Of a stretch of DNA of 24,000 nt, positions 18,117 to 24,000 are shown one piece after another. Under the pieces are notes generated by a model. That model worked only from the letters and a program-made list of their open reading frames with translations. It was not told the origin of the DNA and ran no database searches. The stretch covers positions 235,858 through 259,857 of the forward strand of contig JAFVEA010000009.1 in NCBI GenBank assembly GCA_017478185.1, read 5' to 3'. A program made the position numbers and the translations under genes. Within the stretch, counting starts at the first letter, position 1; the number at the start of each line of letters is the position of its first letter. Origin of the DNA: Clostridia bacterium (GTDB taxonomy: Bacteria > Bacillota > Clostridia > Christensenellales > UBA1242).

Positions 18117-18755
18117 ATGTCTAAAAACATTTTAAAACGAAACACTTATATAAAATACTCAATCACAGACCATTTTAAAAAATATAAATGGATTTATTTA
18201 ATTTTGTTTATTTGCTTGATTTTAGGTTTAATTTTGGGCTTTGTTGTTGGGTTTAAAAGGGCAGATAATTTTTCTTTAAGTGATTTGCCAGATAGCAGTT
18301 TGGTTGATTTTATAAACAAAAAAATTTCAGCGGCTTCTTTGTTTTTTTCTAGAATTTGTTCATTTTTTGGACTAATTTTTTTGTTTTGGTGCATAAATTG
18401 TAAGAAATTTTTAAGTTTTATAACTTTTATAATTGTTTTTTATAGGGCTTTTTTAATAGGTATAAATTGTGCCATTTTAATGTTTATTTATAAGTTTGGT
18501 GGAGCAATCAATGTTTTTTTGGTTATTTTGCCAACGCATCTAATTGCACTTGTTTTGTTGCTTTGTTTTGGCGCTGTTTGCGCTTATTTTGCATTTAATG
18601 AAAAAAATATTGGCTATGGCACATTTAGTGGTTATTTTTTTAGAGAAGCAAAAGCGGTTTTGTTTACCGTGGTTGTTGGTGCAATTTTGTGTTATCTCTT
18701 TGAAGCTTTGCTTCTTCCGCACATATCTTCAGCAATATTTATTGGAATAAACTAA
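18117..18755 (+). CDS. spoIIM: Stage II sporulation protein M-like membrane protein
   Basis: 212 aa, about 5 TM helices. The layout and motifs (ILPTHLIAL resembling VLPQNLIII; C-terminal LFEALLLP resembling LFEAYVSP) match B. subtilis SpoIIM as I remember it. No SD before the ATG. Confidence 0.6.
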   Translation: MSKNILKRNTYIKYSITDHFKKYKWIYLILFICLILGLILGFVVGFKRADNFSLSDLPDSSLVDFINKKISAASLFFSRICSFFGLIFLFWCINCKKFLSFITFIIVFYRAFLIGINCAILMFIYKFGGAINVFLVILPTHLIALVLLLCFGAVCAYFAFNEKNIGYGTFSGYFFREAKAVLFTVVVGAILCYLFEALLLPHISSAIFIGIN

Positions 18756-18809
18756 AAACACATAAAATATAAATTTTTGCAAAACATAACAACAAAAGGA
18801 GAAAAAGTT

Positions 18810-19985
18810 ATGTTTAAAACAAAAAATAAATATTTTTATTTAATAATTTTTATGTGTTTATGTTTGATAATAAATTTATTTGGCGGTTTTATGAGTGTAA
18901 AAGCTGAAGAAAATGATTTAACGCCAAACAGCAAAGCTTCATGCTTAATGGAATTTGAAACAGGCAAGATTTTGAGTGAAAAAAACAGCTTAACAAAACT
19001 TCCAATTGCAAGCGTTACAAAACTCACAATGCTTTTAATTGTTTTTGAAAAAATAGACAATGGCGAAATTGATGTTGAAAAAGAAATAACAATTTCAAAA
19101 AATGCGTCAAGCATGGGTGGCTCACAAGTGTTTTTAGAAGAGGGTGAAAATTGCAAGATAAAGAACTTGATAAAATCCATAATTGTTGCTTCAGCAAATG
19201 ATTCAAGTGTGGCGCTAGCTGAAGAAGTTGCTGGCAGTGAAAAAGCTTTTTGTGAACTGATGAATCAAAAAGTAGATCAGTTAAAATTAGAAAACACTCA
19301 TTATGAAAACTGCACAGGGCTTCCAGCTCCTATGCAATATTCTTGCGCAAAAGATGTGGCAACAATTATGCGAGAAGTGTTAAAACATCCATTATATTTT
19401 GAGTTCAGCAAAATTTGGATGGAAGATTTTGTTCATAGTGGTGATAGAGTAACAACAATGGCAAACACCAACAAATTAATTAAAAACTATCAGTTTTGCG
19501 ATGGAGGAAAAACTGGTTCAACAAATGAGGCGGGCTATTGTTTATGTTCAACTGCAAAAAAAGATAATTTAAGGCTTATTTCAGTTGTTCTTGGCTCAAA
19601 AAGCTCAAAAGATAGGTTTGGTGAGTCAAAAAACCAGTTTGAATATGGATTTAATAATTTTAACTTAACAAAGCTTGTTGATAAAACTTTAAACCTTTCA
19701 ACACAAACAAAGCTAGAAAAAGCAAATCAAGATGAAATTTTGTTGTTTGCTGAAAAAGATTATTTTGAGGTTTTAAAAAGAGGAGAGCAATCTAATTTAA
19801 TATTAAAAATAGACCTTCCAAAAACGCTCAAAGCCCCTTTAAAAAAGGGTGATGTTGTTGGAAAAATTCAAGTCACAGAAAATGATATATTAATAGATGA
19901 AATAAATATTTTGGTTAATTGCGATATAGATGAAATAAGTTATAAAAATATATTAAAAACCATAGCGGAAAAGTGGTTAATTTAA
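18810..19985 (+). CDS. D-alanyl-D-alanine carboxypeptidase (S11 low-MW PBP, DacB/DacF-like)
   Basis: Signal peptide, SxxK (ASVTKL), SxN (SANDS) and KTG (GKTGST) motifs. AAAGGAGAAAAA SD before the ATG at 18810. Confidence 0.9.
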   Translation: MFKTKNKYFYLIIFMCLCLIINLFGGFMSVKAEENDLTPNSKASCLMEFETGKILSEKNSLTKLPIASVTKLTMLLIVFEKIDNGEIDVEKEITISKNASSMGGSQVFLEEGENCKIKNLIKSIIVASANDSSVALAEEVAGSEKAFCELMNQKVDQLKLENTHYENCTGLPAPMQYSCAKDVATIMREVLKHPLYFEFSKIWMEDFVHSGDRVTTMANTNKLIKNYQFCDGGKTGSTNEAGYCLCSTAKKDNLRLISVVLGSKSSKDRFGESKNQFEYGFNNFNLTKLVDKTLNLSTQTKLEKANQDEILLFAEKDYFEVLKRGEQSNLILKIDLPKTLKAPLKKGDVVGKIQVTENDILIDEINILVNCDIDEISYKNILKTIAEKWLI

Positions 19986-20092
19986 TTAAATTTAAATAGA
20001 TTATAGTTATTTGCTTAAAATGAAAAAATTGCAAAAAATTATAAAAAATACTTTTTTGAATAAAGTGAACACATAATTTATGAAAAGAAATA

Positions 20093-20129
20093 AAAAATCA
20101 CTTAAAAAACCAAGTGATTTTTATTTTTT
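20093..20129. terminator. Bidirectional rho-independent terminator
   Basis: AAAAATCACTT / AAGTGATTTTT 11-bp stem with an A-run on one side and a T-run on the other. Confidence 0.7.
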
Positions 20130-20220
20130 GAGTTATCAAGATGGTTTTAACTGCCAACCTATGCTTACCAAGGAATAAACACACTCAAAAAGTTCATTGC
20201 TGATACCCAAAATATACATA

Positions 20221-20249
20221 AAAGCTCCATTTTTAGGGGCTTTTATTTT
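20221..20249 (+). terminator. Orphan terminator-like hairpin
   Basis: AAAGCTCC / GGGGCTTT stem (one G-U pair), 7-nt loop, then TATTTT. No + strand gene ends here. Confidence 0.45.
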
Positions 20250-20343
20250 GCTTAAAACAAAATTGCATACGCCAAGTGCCTTAGTGTCTGGCAATTATAT
20301 TATATAATAAATTATTGAAAAATTGATGCAAAATAGAACTCAA

Positions 20344-20354
20344 TATGATATAAT
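20344..20354 (+). promoter_or_regulatory. Extended -10 promoter word TATGATATAAT
   Basis: TGnTATAAT match 21 nt upstream of the ATG at 20375. The same 11-mer precedes the next three genes. Confidence 0.45.
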
Positions 20355-20374
20355 AAATTTATGTGGAGAAATAC

Positions 20375-21151
20375 ATGGAATTAAAAATTGAAAAATTATC
20401 ACCAAATGAATGTGCAAATATAATAACATGCTTTTTAGATGGTGGAAGTTGGGAAAACGATGTAAGAAAAAATTTATTGCCAGACCTTTCTAACAATCCA
20501 ACAAAAACAGAAATTTCAAAACTTATTAAGAAAAAATATGAGTTAAACGAAAAAAACTATGAGGAAAACATTGAAAAGTTTTTGGAGTGGTGGGAAAGCG
20601 ATGGGAATTTTGATTATCAAGAACTTTTAAGCCTTATGGAAACCAAAGGGCCTAAAAACAGAGAATCAATCACTTGGCAAGTTGGAGATACATTTATTTG
20701 TCCAAGAGATATAGAAGAATGGTCTTTTGTTATGTCCGCAAGTTTTTGGAAATGGGATGCAATAAATGTTTCACTTCATGAAATAACGCACTTTGTTTGG
20801 TTTGAAAAAGTTAAACAAATTGAGGGGATTAAGCACTTTAGCCAAAATCAAGAAGATGAAACCTATTTACCATATTGGCTTTTAAGTGAAATTGTTATTG
20901 ATCCAATTTTAAATTCGAGCACATTTGCAAAAAAATATGAGATGACATGGAAATCCTATCCAGAGTTTTATGATATAAAAATCAAAAATAAAAATTTGAT
21001 GAAATATATAAAAACATTGTGGAATGAACGACAAAATTTTGATGATTTTTATGAAAAAAGCAGTAAGTTTGTTTATGGTAATTGGCGAGAAATAAATAAA
21101 CAGTATTTAAATAATTTCAACAATCAAAATGTAGAAGAGTTGCAAAAATAA
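20375..21151 (+). CDS. Hypothetical protein with an HExxH zincin-type motif (putative metallopeptidase)
   Basis: 258 aa from the ATG at 20375 (GGAG 5-6 nt upstream). Single HExxH (LHEITHFVW). No signal peptide or TM helix. Family not recognised. Confidence 0.75.
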   Translation: MELKIEKLSPNECANIITCFLDGGSWENDVRKNLLPDLSNNPTKTEISKLIKKKYELNEKNYEENIEKFLEWWESDGNFDYQELLSLMETKGPKNRESITWQVGDTFICPRDIEEWSFVMSASFWKWDAINVSLHEITHFVWFEKVKQIEGIKHFSQNQEDETYLPYWLLSEIVIDPILNSSTFAKKYEMTWKSYPEFYDIKIKNKNLMKYIKTLWNERQNFDDFYEKSSKFVYGNWREINKQYLNNFNNQNVEELQK

Positions 21152-21186
21152 CTCAACTTTAAAAAGTCCAGTGCTCATACATTCTA

Positions 21187-21214
21187 AAAGTCCGATAACC
21201 ACGGGCTTTTTTTG
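21187..21214 (+). terminator. Rho-independent terminator
   Basis: AAAAGTCCG / CGGGCTTTT stem (one G-U pair) followed by a T-run. Confidence 0.65.
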
Positions 21215-21242
21215 TTTTTAAAATAAGACAAATAGAAATTTT

Positions 21243-21253
21243 TATGATATAAT
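21243..21253 (+). promoter_or_regulatory. Extended -10 promoter word TATGATATAAT
   Basis: Identical 11-mer, 19 nt upstream of the ATG at 21272. Confidence 0.45.
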
Positions 21254-21271
21254 AAAAACGGAGTATATATT

Positions 21272-22063
21272 ATGTTTAAGTTTTTTAAAAATAGTAATAA
21301 AAAGGCAATAGAAAGTTATTATACTGTTCATAATCTATCAAAAGCACAGAAATTGTGTACTGGAAAGGGTGTAAAAATTGGAATAATAGATTGGCTTTTT
21401 GGAAATGAAAAAGACCAATTGTATTCAGGGTTTTATGATCCGACAGAAATGGGATTTTTAGACAACAAAGAACATGGTTATGCTATGGCAAGCACTCTTA
21501 AAGAGATTGCACGCGATTGTCAAATTTATGCTATCAATGGCATAACAAAAGGATGTTTAGATGATGATATGCTAAGGGTAAAATTTTTACAAAAAGCTGT
21601 AAATTACGCTATTGAGAATAATATTCAAATTTTAACATATTCTCACAAACCGATAGTAGATGAAGACGCAATAAAAGAACTGCAAAAAATTTTAGACTTT
21701 GCAGAGAAAAATGACGTTTTAACTATCTTTTTGCATTGTAATCTAAAAAATAATATTATGCCTGTTGCCATTGGTTCAAAAATAGAGAATGAGATAGCTG
21801 AAATTTTTTATATTTATCAATATAATTATAATTCATTAAATCCTATTGCGTATAAAAAATGGTTAGACAGCAAAAAAACAGATCAAACCTGTTTTTTATC
21901 ATGGTCATCAATGACTCCAGTTTTGGCGGGGTTTGTTGCGTTACTACTTGAGCAAAAACCAGAATTAACAAAAAAAGAGATTATACAATTATTAAACAAA
22001 ACTTCTAAAAACAAAATTCCAAATATTTTGGAAGCAGTAAACCTACTGAAAACTAATTACTAA
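21272..22063 (+). CDS. Small subtilisin-like (S8) serine peptidase, no signal peptide or propeptide
   Basis: 263 aa. The Asp (GVKIGIIDW), His (KEHGYAMAS) and Ser (SWSSMTPVLAGFVALLLE) motifs occur in subtilisin order and spacing. GGAG SD. Confidence 0.8.
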   Translation: MFKFFKNSNKKAIESYYTVHNLSKAQKLCTGKGVKIGIIDWLFGNEKDQLYSGFYDPTEMGFLDNKEHGYAMASTLKEIARDCQIYAINGITKGCLDDDMLRVKFLQKAVNYAIENNIQILTYSHKPIVDEDAIKELQKILDFAEKNDVLTIFLHCNLKNNIMPVAIGSKIENEIAEIFYIYQYNYNSLNPIAYKKWLDSKKTDQTCFLSWSSMTPVLAGFVALLLEQKPELTKKEIIQLLNKTSKNKIPNILEAVNLLKTNY

Positions 22064-22126
22064 ATATGCAAATATTTTTTGATGATTTTTGGGTAATAAA
22101 AAAAGCCCATAAAATTGGCGTTTTAC

Positions 22127-22171
22127 TGGAGCTACTGATGGGAATCGGAACCATGACCCCCACCTTACCAA
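22127..22171 (-). pseudogene. Decayed 3' fragment of a tRNA gene (anticodon loop to CCA; loop reads TTGGTAA, consistent with Thr-GGU)
   Basis: The minus strand reads TTGGTAA-GGTGG-GGGTC-ATGGTTCCGATTCCCAT-CAGTAGC-T-CCA. That parses as anticodon loop, 3' anticodon stem, variable loop, T-arm (two substitutions versus ATGGGTTCGATTCCCAT), 3' acceptor strand, discriminator and CCA. No matching 5' acceptor strand, D-arm or 5' anticodon stem lies upstream. Confidence 0.5.
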
Positions 22172-22234
22172 TCCGACTTAAAGATTTTATATGGTTTAAC
22201 ATACTATATATTGTGTTTTAAAATTTATATTTTT

Positions 22235-22255
22235 CAATATGTTGTGTGCATATTG
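22235..22255. repeat. Perfect 7-bp inverted repeat (operator-like)
   Basis: CAATATG (22235-22241), then TTGTGTG, then CATATTG (22249-22255). Confidence 0.6.
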
Positions 22256-22290
22256 TTAAATATAATTTTTTTTATTCATTATTTTTCATA

Positions 22291-22384
22291 TTTTGTAGAT
22301 TTTTTCACACCAAATTTTGTAGATTTTTTGTAGATTCTATCAGTAAATTGGATTTTTTTATTTTTAAATTTTGTAGATTTTTTT
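22291..22384 (+). repeat. Cluster of four direct repeats, TTTTGTAGATT(TTTT)
   Basis: Copies lie at 22291-22305, 22315-22329, 22326-22337 (variant ending TTC) and 22369-22384. A degenerate AAATTGGATTTTTTT lies at 22346-22359. Copies 2 and 4 share AAATTTTGTAGATTTTTT. Confidence 0.85.
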
Positions 22385-22445
22385 GGGCTTACATTATTTT
22401 TTGGCAAACATTTTCAGAAACAATTTAAAGACAAAAATTTTAAAT

Positions 22446-22456
22446 TATGATATAAT
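22446..22456 (+). promoter_or_regulatory. Extended -10 promoter word TATGATATAAT
   Basis: Identical 11-mer, 26 nt upstream of the ATG at 22482. GTGAGGT SD lies between them. Confidence 0.45.
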
Positions 22457-22481
22457 TATAGAGAGCAAAAGTGAGGTAATT

Positions 22482-23204
22482 ATGAAATACTTTGTGTCTT
22501 CAGATATTCACGGTTTTTTTGATGAGTGGATGCTTGCTTTGAAAAATAGTCATTTTGATATAAACAATCCAGAACATAAAATTATTGTTTGTGGTGATTT
22601 GTTTGATAGGGGCAGGCAACCAAAACAAATTATAGATTTCATTGTATCTCATAGAGATAAAATAATGGTCATTCGTGGTAATCATGAAGATTTAATGCAA
22701 GCAATGATTTATAGAAATAAAAATAATTCAATGGATTTGTCTAATGGAACAGCGCAAACAATTGTTGATTTATGTCCAGACTGGTTAATAAGTAAATTTG
22801 ATTTAACAGAGATAACAAAAGAAACTGGACTTCAAGAGGTTTTGGATTTATGTGTGGACTACTATGAAACCTCAAAGTATGTTTTTATACATGGTTGGAT
22901 ACCTATTATTGAGAATTGTTATGAGTATGATGCAGATTGGAGAACAGCCAGAAAAGAAAGATGGGAAAAGGCTAGATGGCAAAATCCAGTTCTGATGTTT
23001 AGGAATAAAGTATTTGAACCAAACAAAACTATTGTTTGTGGTCATTGGCATTGTTCAGCTCTTTGGAAAGAAGCTTATCCAACTAAATATGAAGAATTTG
23101 GAGAAAAAGCAAACTTTGAACCATTTATCACCAAAGAAATGATTGCTTTAGACGCTTGCACAGCGTATTCAAAGAAAGTGAATTGTATAGTGCTGGAGGA
23201 TTGA
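22482..23204 (+). CDS. Metallophosphoesterase, PPP/lambda-phosphatase-like Ser/Thr phosphatase
   Basis: 240 aa from the ATG at 22482. Motifs in order: DIHG, GDLFDRG, GNHED, HG, GHWH. The track start at 22383 lies in the repeat region and has no SD. Confidence 0.85.
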   Translation: MKYFVSSDIHGFFDEWMLALKNSHFDINNPEHKIIVCGDLFDRGRQPKQIIDFIVSHRDKIMVIRGNHEDLMQAMIYRNKNNSMDLSNGTAQTIVDLCPDWLISKFDLTEITKETGLQEVLDLCVDYYETSKYVFIHGWIPIIENCYEYDADWRTARKERWEKARWQNPVLMFRNKVFEPNKTIVCGHWHCSALWKEAYPTKYEEFGEKANFEPFITKEMIALDACTAYSKKVNCIVLED

Positions 23205-23261
23205 TTAACTAAGGTATGGATTAAATCTTTTTTTGCTTTGCTATATACATTTGCAGAAATA

Positions 23262-23272
23262 TATGATATAAT
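23262..23272 (+). promoter_or_regulatory. Extended -10 promoter word TATGATATAAT
   Basis: Identical 11-mer, 27 nt upstream of the ATG at 23299. Confidence 0.45.
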
Positions 23273-23298
23273 TTTAGTATTGTATGTTGAGGTAGATT

Positions 23299-24000
23299 AT
23301 GAAATTAAATCAATTAGATAATGTTTTAGATAAATTTCTAGACAACAAAGAATTATCTGTAATTTTAATAAATGGAAGTTGGGGGATTGGTAAAACATAT
23401 AAAATTTTATCTTATAGAGATAATTGTAACAGAAAGGATGTAAAGTTTTTATATTGCTCTTTTTTTGGAAAAAAGAACTTAGATGAAATAAATACAGTTT
23501 TTTATAATCAATTACATCCTTGTCGTAAGGTGTTAAATGTTGTTAATCATGTTGTAAAGCTGGCAGAAGCAACTGTATCTATCAGTAGTGGCTTAAATCT
23601 CACATTTAAAAACGATTCAACAAATAAAGACAAACGATTAAAATTAAAAAGTAAGAAAAAACAGTTAGTTGTTATTTGTGATGATTTAGAAAGGGTTAGT
23701 AAGGATATTGATAAAGATGATATTATAGGTTATTTTAATGAACTAATTTTGCAAGGTATAAAAATTGTCATATTAGCGCATATAAAAAAAGAAGATCAGT
23801 TTAGTGAGTATAAAGAAAAAGTTGTTGATAGGATATATCAGATAAGTGAAACCCAAGAAAGTATAATTAAAGATATAATGGGTGATAACAATAATTTATT
23901 TAATAATAAGCTTAAAAAATTAATTAATAATAATTTAAGGATGTTGAAAAAGTCAATAGTTCTTTATAATCAAATAGTATGTTTTTTGAATGAAAATAAT
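23299..24000 (+). CDS. KAP-like P-loop NTPase, 5' partial (runs off the window; absent from the ORF track because no stop is reached)
   Basis: My own translation gives MKLNQLDNVLDKFLDNKELSVILINGSWGIGKTY... The frame is open for 234 codons to base 24000. Walker A GSWGIGKT, Walker B LVVICDDLER, then NNNLRMLKK, which resembles the KAP NPRxxKR motif. TGAGGTAG SD. Confidence 0.8.
   Translation, partial: MKLNQLDNVLDKFLDNKELSVILINGSWGIGKTYKILSYRDNCNRKDVKFLYCSFFGKKNLDEINTVFYNQLHPCRKVLNVVNHVVKLAEATVSISSGLNLTFKNDSTNKDKRLKLKSKKKQLVVICDDLERVSKDIDKDDIIGYFNELILQGIKIVILAHIKKEDQFSEYKEKVVDRIYQISETQESIIKDIMGDNNNLFNNKLKKLINNNLRMLKKSIVLYNQIVCFLNENN

Noticed and set aside
18544-18750. 68-aa alternative-frame + strand ORF inside the spoIIM-like gene.
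   Set aside because: It is fully nested in a longer ORF whose membrane topology and motifs fit SpoIIM, and it has no independent start signals.
496-19206. All minus-strand track ORFs inside the core genes: 496-732, 2825-3031, 3609-3821, 4736-5053, 5320-5544, 7358-7558, 8731-8919, 9682-9870, 10772-10960, 11067-11381, 13979-14401, 14498-14824, 15587-15871, 18194-18394, 18540-18722, 18836-19180, 19024-19206; also 22500-22685.
   Set aside because: Each lies antisense to a + strand gene that has strong motif or synteny support. They have no SD, their composition is low-complexity Lys/Phe/Leu-rich, and they are of the length expected by chance in AT-rich DNA with few stop codons on the mirror strand.
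20141-22200. Short shared words between the two non-coding patches as possible att direct repeats flanking the two protease genes: ATGGTTTTAAC at 20141 versus ATGGTTTAAC at 22191; CTTACCAA at 20164 and 22164; and similar AAAAGCyCCAT hairpins at 20220 and 22101.
   Set aside because: The matches are only 8-11 nt in AT-rich DNA and occur in opposite order on the same strand. No longer collinear alignment could be built by eye. A proper dot-plot or alignment would be needed before calling this a repeat pair.
22291-22384. GTAGAT-containing repeats as a CRISPR array (Cas12a repeats end in GTAGAT).
   Set aside because: The repeats are only 12-16 bp and are spaced 11-43 bp apart, partly overlapping. 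They lack the upstream TCTAC stem half and have no spacer-like unique segments. No cas genes are visible.
22246-22428. 60-aa + strand ORF with the peptide FCRFF repeated three times.
   Set aside because: The repeated peptide is just the translation of the TTTTGTAGATTTTTT DNA repeats. There is no SD, and the region behaves as non-coding regulatory DNA.
4226-22481. Longer N-terminal extensions offered by the ORF track: starts at 4019, 4226, 12002, 16243, 17347, 18777, 20363 and 22383.
   Set aside because: In each case a downstream ATG has a properly spaced GGAG-type SD. The extension either overlaps a promoter or repeat region or adds residues absent from the family N-terminus.
1-24000. Alternative genetic code (TGA read as Trp, as in Mollicutes-like AT-rich genomes).
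   Set aside because: Several well-conserved genes (ntpA, spoIIIAD, xseA and others) terminate at TGA at the expected protein length, and no conserved protein needs read-through.

Overview
Strongly AT-rich segment (about 30% GC by eye, not computed) from the chromosome of an endospore-forming Firmicute. TGA acts as a stop codon, so the standard bacterial code applies. Every gene I can support is on the + strand. All protein identifications come from motifs and remembered family features; no search was run.

Layout:
- 1-3.9 kb: the end of a V-type ATPase operon (subunits A, B, D).
- 4.0-6.5 kb: a truncated ABM-monooxygenase remnant, followed directly by a tightly coupled three-gene cassette of unknown function (membrane protein, His-rich putative metallohydrolase, membrane protein).
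- 6.8-20.0 kb: spoIIIAA-AH, an asp23-like gene, nusB, xseA, xseB, a membrane protein, recN, spoIVB, spo0A, spoIIM and a DD-carboxypeptidase. This is the Bacillus spoIIIA-to-spo0A neighbourhood in a contracted form.
- 20.0-24.0 kb: an accessory-looking region of single-gene units that each carry the same TATGATATAAT promoter word. It holds an HExxH protein, a small leaderless subtilisin-like peptidase, a lambda-type metallophosphatase and a KAP-like P-loop NTPase that runs off the window. These are split by a decayed tRNA 3' fragment and a repeat-dense 300-bp non-coding hub.

Most notable points:
- The Spo0A orthologue keeps the Spo0A DNA-binding domain, but its receiver domain lacks the phospho-acceptor Asp (Gln instead) and the acidic DD pair (EE instead).
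- The three-gene cassette is uncharacterised.
- The tRNA-fragment junction with TTTTGTAGATTTTTT repeats probably marks the edge of an integrated element carrying the phosphatase and the NTPase.
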